This document shows, one piece after another, positions 1 through 7,123 of a stretch of 60,257 nt of DNA (the stretch's first letter is position 1; every line of letters starts with the position of its first letter). Source of the stretch: a virus (lineage: Duplodnaviria > Caudoviricetes); the IMG/VR virus record IMGVR_UViG_3300027759_000010, positions 1-60,257 of that record; one strand, written 5' to 3'. The notes beneath the pieces are model-generated. The model had not been told where the DNA came from. It did no database searches and saw only the letters and a program-made list of their open reading frames with translations. Both the position numbers and the translations under genes were made by a program.

Positions 1-127
1 CTTGTACCCGCCGCCAGCAGCTTTATAACGTTTAGCCATCAATTGAGCTTTACGGGCCGACCACTCGCCAGCACCTGTACCCTGCACTGCGGCAGCTTTT
101 ACGCTGTTAAAAATACGCTTGCGTAGC
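1..127. repeat. 127-bp terminal direct repeat, copy 1 (circular assembly overlap)
   Basis: 1-127 is identical to 60131-60257; an ORF reads in frame across the join. Confidence 0.97.
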
Positions 128-282
128 TCGGGCTTGGTGTAGTTGCCAGCTTCGTTCACCTTAGATTTCACTGCGCCACCCTCTTTGTACTGGGTGAAGT
201 CAGTGTTATCCCGGCGAGTTTTACGCTTGCCCTTGGGCATTTTACTGGGGGAGATGGCTCCCATCCCACGGCTAGCTAGCAT
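1..282 (-). CDS. Small basic protein spanning the circular junction (282 to 1, then 60130 to 60125; 95 aa), resembles N-terminal half of DUF5872 proteins
   Basis: Manual translation MLASRGMGAISPSK...YKEGGAVKSK...YTKPELRKRIF...GEWSARKAQLMAKRYKAAGGGYKD*; absent from the ORF track because it wraps. Confidence 0.8.
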   Translation of the reverse strand, partial: MLASRGMGAISPSKMPKGKRKTRRDNTDFTQYKEGGAVKSKVNEAGNYTKPELRKRIFNSVKAAAVQGTGAGEWSARKAQLMAKRYKAAGGGYK

Positions 283-284
283 GA

Positions 285-701
285 CTACACCATCTTCCCA
301 CGGGTCTTACCCTTGGTGGCACAGCCATCAGCACGAGATGAAGCCGAGGACACTTTACCGCCTTTTTTCATATTTTTGCTGGCGTCTTCATAGGCTTTGT
401 TTGTACGCTCTTGCAATTTCATCTCAGCGGCGGCTTCACGGGCGCGGTCGGTAGAAGTTTTTTCAACCCCACGTGTTTCGCGCTTCATCTCAGCGGCGGC
501 TTCGGCTTCGCGTTTTTCTCGGGCATTTTGAATTAGCTTGCTGCCACCAATACCGCCAAGCATAGCTAATGCAGCGGGGCCCGCCACCTTGCCAACTGTT
601 TCAAGCGTACTTGAGCTACGAGCACCGCCGCCGCCCATACCTCCAGCACCGCCTCCCTCAAGCGTTTCTAACTCAGCTAGTTTTTGACGTATTTTTGGCA
701 T
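285..701 (-). CDS. Small basic putative virion protein with MKKGG motif and C-terminal RADGCATKGKTRGKMV tag
   Basis: 138-aa ORF, GGAG RBS, co-oriented with the head genes; shares tag with neighbours. Confidence 0.75.
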   Translation of the reverse strand: MPKIRQKLAELETLEGGGAGGMGGGGARSSSTLETVGKVAGPAALAMLGGIGGSKLIQNAREKREAEAAAEMKRETRGVEKTSTDRAREAAAEMKLQERTNKAYEDASKNMKKGGKVSSASSRADGCATKGKTRGKMV

Positions 702-710
702 GATGGCTCC

Positions 711-1268
711 TTAGCAGGTTTTGCCGCCGCTCTTCATAGTGATCATCTTGCCTTTGGTTTTACCCTTAGACTCAATGCCGCCACCTTTAGCGTAGCCCAT
801 GCCACCCATGTTCATTTTCTTGGTCGCGCCGCCATGTTTCATTGCGCCTTTGCCATCAGCAGCAAAAGCTGGAATCTTTTTGCCGTCTTTCATGACCATA
901 GGCATACCGCCATCGGCCATACCGCCTTTTTTCATGCCCATCATGGAGGTCTTAGCCATAGGTGTAGGACTTTTCATGCCATCCTTAGCCATGCTCATAC
1001 CTTTTTTCATCACAGGTTTGCCCATATTTGTAGCCATAGTTTCACCGCCTTCTTTCATGATTGACATCTTGCCGTGAAGTGTCTTAGGTTTATTAACTTT
1101 TTGAAGGTCGGGGCGGGACGCATTAGTGTCCTTGCCAAACTTCATCCCCTTGCTCTCGCCGCTAAATTCCTTAGCAACCGATACCGGTACACCCGCAGCT
1201 TTTGCAAACTTGGGGTTGTGTGCAGCCGCATCCATGAACAGCTTTTGTTTTTCACTCGTTGCTGGCAT
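711..1268 (-). CDS. Met/Lys/Gly-rich putative virion protein with multiple xxxGG motifs
   Basis: 185 aa; MKEGG, MKKGG, MADGG, MKHGG, YAKGG, MKSGG; GIESKGKTKGKMI near the C terminus. Confidence 0.75.
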   Translation of the reverse strand: MPATSEKQKLFMDAAAHNPKFAKAAGVPVSVAKEFSGESKGMKFGKDTNASRPDLQKVNKPKTLHGKMSIMKEGGETMATNMGKPVMKKGMSMAKDGMKSPTPMAKTSMMGMKKGGMADGGMPMVMKDGKKIPAFAADGKGAMKHGGATKKMNMGGMGYAKGGGIESKGKTKGKMITMKSGGKTC

Positions 1269-1455
1269 CTTTTTTCCTGCGGATTATTTCAGCAAAAGGT
1301 TTACCTGCAATCATTTCAGTGATCCGCATGCCTGTCCACACAATCGTAAACAGCGCGGCAACCGCAGGTAGCAGTTGCATTAACGTACCAATAGCCGTAA
1401 CAGCGGCGACGCCATCCGCTACATGCTTTAGGGTTTCAACGTTTGCTTGGTTCAT
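1252..1455 (-). CDS. Small membrane protein (possibly holin-like)
   Basis: 67 aa with a long hydrophobic segment and a basic C-terminal tail. Confidence 0.6.
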   Translation of the reverse strand: MNQANVETLKHVADGVAAVTAIGTLMQLLPAVAALFTIVWTGMRITEMIAGKPFAEIIRRKKDASNE

Positions 1456-1775
1456 ACCATACGCCCTTTTGTCTTGCCTTTGGTAGCGCAGCCGTCAGCC
1501 GCAGTTACATAACCGCCTTCTGCACAGTTCCAAGCCCGCAGGCTCTTATTGATGCGTGAATTCGGGTCGTTGGCCGTCTTGGCGCTGGTCAGCTTCTTCT
1601 TCATGCCTTCCATACGGGCGCAGAAAGAGTCGCGCCTGCTGCCGCCCTCGGGCTGGGGTGCTTTCAACCCCGGCTTGCCCGGATTGGCTTTGTTGTAAGA
1701 CGCACGGCCCTTGGCGTTCAAGCCACCCTTTGGGTTCTTGCCTTCTTTGCGAGTCCATGCTGCTGATTTAGCCAT
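1452..1775 (-). CDS. Basic conserved phage protein (DUF6321-like) with C-terminal ADGCATKGKTKGRMV tag
   Basis: AWTRKEGKNPKGGLNAKGRASY...RRDSFCARM...PNSRINKSLRAWNC pattern recognised from memory. Confidence 0.7.
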   Translation of the reverse strand: MAKSAAWTRKEGKNPKGGLNAKGRASYNKANPGKPGLKAPQPEGGSRRDSFCARMEGMKKKLTSAKTANDPNSRINKSLRAWNCAEGGYVTAADGCATKGKTKGRMV

Positions 1776-1776
1776 G

Positions 1777-2256
1777 TTACTGGCCTACAGTTACGGTAGT
1801 GTTGAGTTCCAGAGGTTCCCAACGTAGATAATGCCGCCAAGTACCTGTGGTAGAACCTACTGCAATTACAATTTTAATAGCCCCAGCAGGTACGCGCACT
1901 CCACGGGAAGAGGTGTTTAGCAACACTCCCGATAAATTCTGCCCCGGATTCTCACCCAGTGCACTTGTAGCGGTCAAGATAACTGAATACCCCGGAGCCG
2001 TATTTGCCAAAGTAGTAGACGCAGCGGATAAATCTACCGTCTGTGGAGAAGCTGCGGCTGTTACATAAGTAAACTTCAGCGTGGATGCCGTGGCATTGTT
2101 AAGCGTAACGCATTCAGATACAAGACTTACGATCTGAATACTTCCAGTAACCGTAAAAATTGTGTCCCCAGTAACCATTACCTTGGCCCCGGTCTTGGCT
2201 GTGTGGTCTGAAGGCTCGCCTAAACCAGCAACAGGGTAGTTAATTGAGACTGCCAT
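1777..2256 (-). CDS. Putative structural protein (beta-rich)
   Basis: 159 aa, Thr/Ala/Val-rich, in the head operon. Confidence 0.65.
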   Translation of the reverse strand: MAVSINYPVAGLGEPSDHTAKTGAKVMVTGDTIFTVTGSIQIVSLVSECVTLNNATASTLKFTYVTAAASPQTVDLSAASTTLANTAPGYSVILTATSALGENPGQNLSGVLLNTSSRGVRVPAGAIKIVIAVGSTTGTWRHYLRWEPLELNTTVTVGQ

Positions 2257-2258
2257 GA

Positions 2259-2585
2259 TTAACCTTTCATGTACACGGTAACCGTAGCCGTTGAACCCGA
2301 TATTGACGATACATTAGCTCGGTAGTACTCGTACGTGTTAGCGCAAGCAAACCCATCAGACGTAGCCGAAGTGCCAAGCACCAAAGTAATCGTGCCTAAA
2401 GTAATGTAGTTTGTCCCGTCATTACTGACTTGAATCAGAATAACTGCTGCCCCTGTGCTACTGGCAACTGTTCCTGTGGCTTGAAAGCTGTGCTGGACGT
2501 ATGTCGCTAATGCCGTGGTATCACGGGGATTCCATGCTGTGCCAGCGCCTGTTGTTGTAGCCGCATTAAGTAGTATCTGTGCCAT
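2259..2585 (-). CDS. Putative structural protein (small beta-sandwich)
   Basis: 108 aa, IQVSNDGTNY...YYRANV pattern common in phage virion proteins. Confidence 0.65.
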   Translation of the reverse strand: MAQILLNAATTTGAGTAWNPRDTTALATYVQHSFQATGTVASSTGAAVILIQVSNDGTNYITLGTITLVLGTSATSDGFACANTYEYYRANVSSISGSTATVTVYMKG

Positions 2586-2733
2586 CTTGTTGCTCCGGTG
2601 CGTCTAGCCTGTTTATCAGCATCTTGTACGCTTGGATTGTGCCTTGAGCTTGGATTAGAAAGTTTTGGGCTTTCTGGGCTTCAGTCTCAAGGTCACGAAT
2701 CTCAGTCTCCAAGAATTCCTTGGTAATTTGCAT
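2566..2733 (-). CDS. Small coiled-coil protein (55 aa)
   Basis: Manual translation MQITKEFLETEIRDLETEAQKAQNFLIQAQGTIQAYKMLINRLD...; ATG overlaps the upstream TAA. Confidence 0.65.
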   Translation of the reverse strand: MQITKEFLETEIRDLETEAQKAQNFLIQAQGTIQAYKMLINRLDAPEQQDGTDTT

Positions 2734-3335
2734 TATGCAAACGTAGCGTAAGCAGGGACGTAGTACACAGTGCCGCCGATCATGACTTTGATCGCTTTAG
2801 ACACAGTAGTCACGCTGGTTGCTGTAGGCGCAATCGTAGCTGCGGGAGCGGTGTCAATATTCATCAACAAAGGAATTTCGCCAGTGTTTGCACCACTGTC
2901 AGTCACGCGAATGAACGAGGCTGTTGCTGGCAAAGTGGCATTAACTGTGTAGTTGGTATCCAACTGAATCACAGCCAAAGTACCGCCGGGAGTACCGTCA
3001 GTGCCGCCCAGAGTAGCACGAATTGCGTTAGCAGCGCCAGAAATACTGGCTGAAGCGCCATCAATTTCCAAAGAAATGTGAGCACCGTTGATTGTGCCTG
3101 CAGTGGCGGCAGATGCACCCGTTACAACAGAGAAAGCACGGAGCGTTTCGCCTGAACCTGTAGAGGTAAAGGTAAGTTTGTTGTAGCTTAAACGTGTATC
3201 GCCAGATGCTGCGGACGTTGTAGCAAATGCAGCGTTAACGTTTTCTGCTGTAGTTACAGCAAGGGGAGAAGCGGAAGTGCCCGTATCAAAGCCGTTGTTA
3301 GATACGACTGGGCCGGAGAACGTGGTGGTTGCCAT
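2733..3335 (-). CDS. Putative head decoration/fibre protein
   Basis: 200 aa, MATTTFSGPV start, first gene after the major capsid gene; AAGGA RBS. Confidence 0.65.
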   Translation of the reverse strand: MATTTFSGPVVSNNGFDTGTSASPLAVTTAENVNAAFATTSAASGDTRLSYNKLTFTSTGSGETLRAFSVVTGASAATAGTINGAHISLEIDGASASISGAANAIRATLGGTDGTPGGTLAVIQLDTNYTVNATLPATASFIRVTDSGANTGEIPLLMNIDTAPAATIAPTATSVTTVSKAIKVMIGGTVYYVPAYATFA

Positions 3336-3347
3336 GATTGTTTCCTT

Positions 3348-3415
3348 ACATGCAAGTTAGGCGTATCAGTCTGCATGTCGTCAGCCGGGACTGTCTGATA
3401 CACCGGAAAGCCCGG
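3348..3415 (-). ncRNA. Structured RNA with kissing-hairpin topology downstream of the gpT-like capsid gene (candidate Mu-gpT-DE motif)
   Basis: Three interlocked helices: 3409-3415/3385-3392, 3395-3404/3360-3369 (10 bp), 3372-3378/3348-3354. Confidence 0.65.
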
Positions 3416-3434
3416 AATGAAGTCAATATACACC

Positions 3435-3464
3435 AAAAGAAAAGGGGGCACAAGGCCCCCCTTC
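3435..3464 (-). terminator. Rho-independent terminator after the major capsid gene
   Basis: Minus strand GGGGGC-CTTGT-GCCCCC followed by TTTTCTTTT. Confidence 0.75.
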
Positions 3465-3483
3465 AAATATTCCCGAAGAAATA

Positions 3484-4401
3484 TTAGGTCGAACCGGACG
3501 AGCCGAACATGCCCAATGGGTCAGACCAGCCGAAGCTGTAACGCTCACGGGACTTGTAACGCACGTTACCGGTGTCAAAGTCACCGTCCATCTTGTTCTC
3601 CAGAGGAGAGCGGATGAAGTGCTTCAAACCGTTAGGCACGTCGGTGCACAAGAACCAAGCGTTTGTGTCGGTCAAGTAGTTGTTGACTGTGTAGCCTTCA
3701 GGGATAGAACCGTTGTTTTTCAACGCATTAATATCATTGTCAGCAGTACCAACACGCAGTGAAGTCTCAAGCAAACGAGTTGCCGTGAACTGCAATGCAG
3801 GTGGAACAATCAGCTTCTTAGGCTTGCCAGCAATCAGCAAACCACGCTCATCAGTCCAAGCAGCGATCTGGATAACGGCGGCTTCCAAAGAAGTCTCGTT
3901 TAGGTCAGCTTGAGTAGATGGGGTATTGCTGTTAGTACCACCGGAGATCAAGGGGTGTGCTGTACTAAACAGAGGAACGCCATCACCACCGTAATAAACG
4001 GCAGAGTTAGTGAAACCATTGTTCAAAACAGCAGCAGCTTTAACCTGCTTGGTGTAGGCCATAGCGCGAGCCAAAGCTTTGGTGTAACGGGCTGACAACG
4101 AGTCATACAAGTTGTCTTCCACAGCTTCTTCAGTGATGGAGAAACCCAAAGCGATAGTTTCGTGGTTGTAACGAGTTGTCCATGCTTCTTGTGCATTGTC
4201 GTAAGCGATGGCAGAGCCCTCGTTCTTAACAGGTGCGGCAGAGAAGCCAGACAGTTTCGTTTCTTCTTCGAACGAACGCTCTGAAGTTTCGGTTTCATAA
4301 ATTTCTTTATGTTGTTCACCGTAACGAGCGTACTCCATACCAAACAAAGCGTTCAGGCCGGGAAGAAGTTCTTTAAGTAGTTGTGCGCGTGAAATAGCCA
4401 T
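3484..4401 (-). CDS. Major capsid protein (Mu gpT-like, HK97 fold)
   Basis: 305 aa, MAISRAQLLKELLPGLNALFG...DGVPLFSTAHP...YKSRERYSFGWSDP; position after portal and scaffold. Confidence 0.9.
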   Translation of the reverse strand: MAISRAQLLKELLPGLNALFGMEYARYGEQHKEIYETETSERSFEEETKLSGFSAAPVKNEGSAIAYDNAQEAWTTRYNHETIALGFSITEEAVEDNLYDSLSARYTKALARAMAYTKQVKAAAVLNNGFTNSAVYYGGDGVPLFSTAHPLISGGTNSNTPSTQADLNETSLEAAVIQIAAWTDERGLLIAGKPKKLIVPPALQFTATRLLETSLRVGTADNDINALKNNGSIPEGYTVNNYLTDTNAWFLCTDVPNGLKHFIRSPLENKMDGDFDTGNVRYKSRERYSFGWSDPLGMFGSSGST

Positions 4402-4413
4402 GATTTATGCTCC

Positions 4414-5019
4414 TTATACGCCAGTAGCGTTGTTGTACTGATGCATAGTCGCATTGATCTTAACGATAACTTCAGGGAAGACATCGGCGGCAGTGGCGGT
4501 TTCCCGAACTACATCAATGATACGAATAGGCAGAGTATTGGTTGTCGCAGTAGTAGCCAGAATAGCCACTTTGGAATTACCCGTCGTGGCGCTTCCTGCG
4601 TTCTGTACCAACGTGGCGTTATTCCCGATGGCGGAAATGCCAACACCGGTAATAACAGTCGTACCAGACACAACAGCTACTTGGAACAGCGTATCAGGAT
4701 CATCTGCAACAACTGCAAAAATCAACGTGCCAGACTTGACTTGCTGGCTCGCTGGATAAAATTGCTGTTGCTGAATTTGACCTGTCGAAGCGTTAGTAAA
4801 ACTTACACCAAGAAAAATACCGCAAGGCGTGGCAGTTGTTGTGCCCGTGTCTAGCTCGATAGTTCCATCAGAGATACGTTTTACCAAATCACCATAGAAA
4901 ATGCTAGTGGCATAACCACTCGCAATCTGCATCAGGCGGGTTGCGCCTGCAAATACCTGTCCACCTATTAGGTTTACAGGCTTTAGACCGTAAGGGGCCG
5001 AGACTGTAGGATAAGCCAT
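4414..5019 (-). CDS. Putative capsid-associated (cement/decoration) protein
   Basis: 201 aa immediately upstream of the MCP gene, APYGLKPV motif. Confidence 0.65.
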   Translation of the reverse strand: MAYPTVSAPYGLKPVNLIGGQVFAGATRLMQIASGYATSIFYGDLVKRISDGTIELDTGTTTATPCGIFLGVSFTNASTGQIQQQQFYPASQQVKSGTLIFAVVADDPDTLFQVAVVSGTTVITGVGISAIGNNATLVQNAGSATTGNSKVAILATTATTNTLPIRIIDVVRETATAADVFPEVIVKINATMHQYNNATGV

Positions 5020-5036
5020 TTAAGACTCCTATAAAT

Positions 5037-5510
5037 TTAAGTACCAGAACCGAAAGTAACCTTAGTTTTTCTCTCCGAAAAGAGAGGCATCCTAGGATCA
5101 TTTTCACGAAGGAAATTGTTATCTACCGAGTCAATCTGAGACTTATTTTGCTTGTCGTAATATTCGGCACGCTGTTTTAAGAACTCTTCAGGAATACGGC
5201 ACAACAACAACCCACCAATCTCAATACCGCCTTTAAAGCGGCCTTCAACGGTGGCGTGCATCATAAGCTCGGGATAATCTTCTGCTTTGCAGGGTTCATA
5301 TCCTTCACGTAACTTTGAAGAAATATTACTAGGATCAGCCACGCCCAATGTGCTAGTGCGGATATACCTGTGCTTCCAACCGGGACGGTCTTCGGGCATG
5401 GGCAGTGTCTCAGGCGGACGCCACGCTTCAGGGCGTTGAGTCATTGCACGAGAATCCACTTCACGAGCGTTACGGTTTTGTGTCTTTCCAGACGATAAAA
5501 CTTGATCCAT
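5037..5510 (-). CDS. Conserved head-module protein
   Basis: 157 aa, PGWKHRYIR...LREGYEP...GGLLLCRIP pattern. Confidence 0.7.
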   Translation of the reverse strand: MDQVLSSGKTQNRNAREVDSRAMTQRPEAWRPPETLPMPEDRPGWKHRYIRTSTLGVADPSNISSKLREGYEPCKAEDYPELMMHATVEGRFKGGIEIGGLLLCRIPEEFLKQRAEYYDKQNKSQIDSVDNNFLRENDPRMPLFSERKTKVTFGSGT

Positions 5511-6514
5511 TATTCACCTCTTCTTAGTTGAGCAACCTGTTTAGCGTATTCTTCCAAAGGAACCCCAAGGCGGCGAGCTATCGCTGCTTCAGATGCCTTT
5601 AGCCTAATACGATTAGGCGGAGTGCTACGGGAGGCGGGTGCCACCACGTTAGCGGGCTTTGTTGCACGGCGTTGGGTTTCACCCTCGTAAGCCGGTTCGG
5701 ATACCTTTTTCGAAGGAGTATCATCTTCATAGCTCTGGGTATCATCTTCATAATACTCAGGAAATCGTCTACGCATTGTAGCGTCTACTCGTTTGTAGTA
5801 GTCATCAGACCCCACAAAGTCAGCACCTTGTTCCTTAGCCAGCTTCTGATGCAACCCGAGGGCGGAAGCTGTCATTTCAGGATCAGTGCCAAACCAAGTG
5901 TTTTTCTGCATCCAACGCTGGTCGCGCTGTGACACATTAGGCTGATTTGTACTACGTTGTTGTATTTGTACACCTTTTTCTTGGGCTTGTAAAGGCCTCA
6001 TGTTCTGAACTTTATCCAAATTCAGTGTTGCCCGCGAAACATCTGCCTGTGCATCTACTACAGCATCAGAATCCCCGGACTCATAAGCCTCTTTGTATTT
6101 TTTCTTGGCACTCTCAAATTCCAACTCAGCGGAACTTTTTGATTGCTCAATATACGCCATTGACCCAAGCTCAACTTGTTGCTGTAGCCTGCGGTTTTGA
6201 TCCCACAATTGCTTGGTCATCTTCTCAGCCGCCTCGCGTTCACGCAGTGCTTCTTCCTTAGCACGGCGCTCGTCGTGGTAGCCTTTTCCTAATTTCTTAA
6301 TGCGGGCCTGAACTTTTTCGTCGTATTCGGACAGTTCACCGTCAGTAACGTCCTCTACCTGTACTTTCATGGGCTTTCGGCCACGATCTTCCAGCGGAGT
6401 ATCGTCTTCAATTTCTACTTCAAAGCCATCGTCTTCTACTACGGGTTTACCCTTAGTTTCATCGGCTTCATGAGGAAACTTAAATTCCTCGTCTTTTACT
6501 TCAGCTTGTGCCAT
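5510..6514 (-). CDS. Putative scaffolding protein
   Basis: 334 aa, acidic N terminus, long coiled coil, C-terminal IARRLGVPLEEYAKQ; lies between portal and MCP. Confidence 0.65.
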   Translation of the reverse strand: MAQAEVKDEEFKFPHEADETKGKPVVEDDGFEVEIEDDTPLEDRGRKPMKVQVEDVTDGELSEYDEKVQARIKKLGKGYHDERRAKEEALREREAAEKMTKQLWDQNRRLQQQVELGSMAYIEQSKSSAELEFESAKKKYKEAYESGDSDAVVDAQADVSRATLNLDKVQNMRPLQAQEKGVQIQQRSTNQPNVSQRDQRWMQKNTWFGTDPEMTASALGLHQKLAKEQGADFVGSDDYYKRVDATMRRRFPEYYEDDTQSYEDDTPSKKVSEPAYEGETQRRATKPANVVAPASRSTPPNRIRLKASEAAIARRLGVPLEEYAKQVAQLRRGE

Positions 6515-6526
6515 GTATTAGCTCCT

Positions 6527-6931
6527 TTATGATGCACGCGAAATACCACGCGGGTCTTCCACAACTGCTTCAACCGAATCATCATTAATGAGACGGAATT
6601 CACGACCGTGGATTTTCAGGCGAGTTCCTGAATTGGGGCGGACGACGACAAAGTCACCTTCCTTGCACGAGGGGCCAGAGGGAAACCGGCTCTCGTCTTT
6701 GTAGCAGTCAGGGCCAAGCTTTACTACAAACAGCACTGGGGTCAGTACCTCTTCGTAGTGCATAGTCTGACTAGATTTAACTAGCGCACTGTCTTCATAC
6801 TCTTCGGATGCGTCGGGGACGACACAAAGCATCATGAACCTTTTCGGGTCAGGCAACTGTTTGGCTTTTTGTTCAGGCGTCTTATTCAGAATACCCGACA
6901 AATCTACCGCAGCGACATCAAAATCAGTCAT
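6527..6931 (-). CDS. groES: GroES-like co-chaperonin
   Basis: VVKLGPDCY...CKEGDFVVV..NSGTRLKIHGREFRLINDDSVEAVV matches the Cpn10 pattern; likely start MTDFD at 6931. Confidence 0.8.
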   Translation of the reverse strand: MTDFDVAAVDLSGILNKTPEQKAKQLPDPKRFMMLCVVPDASEEYEDSALVKSSQTMHYEEVLTPVLFVVKLGPDCYKDESRFPSGPSCKEGDFVVVRPNSGTRLKIHGREFRLINDDSVEAVVEDPRGISRAS

Positions 6932-7121
6932 CACTAGTCTCCATTTTTTGCACGAGGTCATTGACAAAATTTTCTGCGTGAGTCAGACCCCGGATGACCC
7001 CACAGACATGACGATACTCGTCAAAAGTTTTAGCTCCTCCTCCATTGAGGAAGGTTTGTTGATCGCTTCGGAGCTTGTCAATCTCTTTAGCGATGTGCGC
7101 CAACAGTTTGTAGTCGTTCAA
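6924..7121 (-). CDS. Small conserved protein downstream of the portal gene
   Basis: 65 aa, FDEYRHVCGVIRGL. Confidence 0.7.
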   Translation of the reverse strand: MNDYKLLAHIAKEIDKLRSDQQTFLNGGGAKTFDEYRHVCGVIRGLTHAENFVNDLVQKMETSDD

Positions 7122-7123
7122 CG

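Noticed and set aside
1-127. 127-bp terminal repeat as a biological direct terminal repeat
   Set aside because: The length equals a common assembler k-mer and the repeat falls in the middle of a gene; best explained as circular contig overlap
418-503. Short intragenic direct repeats (418-437/484-503; also about 38099-38122/38156-38179)
   Set aside because: In-frame duplications in low-complexity linkers; no sign of a separate function
285-1775. GG motifs as ubiquitin-like or bacteriocin double-glycine systems
   Set aside because: No beta-grasp protein, E1/E2 enzyme or C39 peptidase transporter is recognisable; the motifs are mostly internal and in virion-module genes
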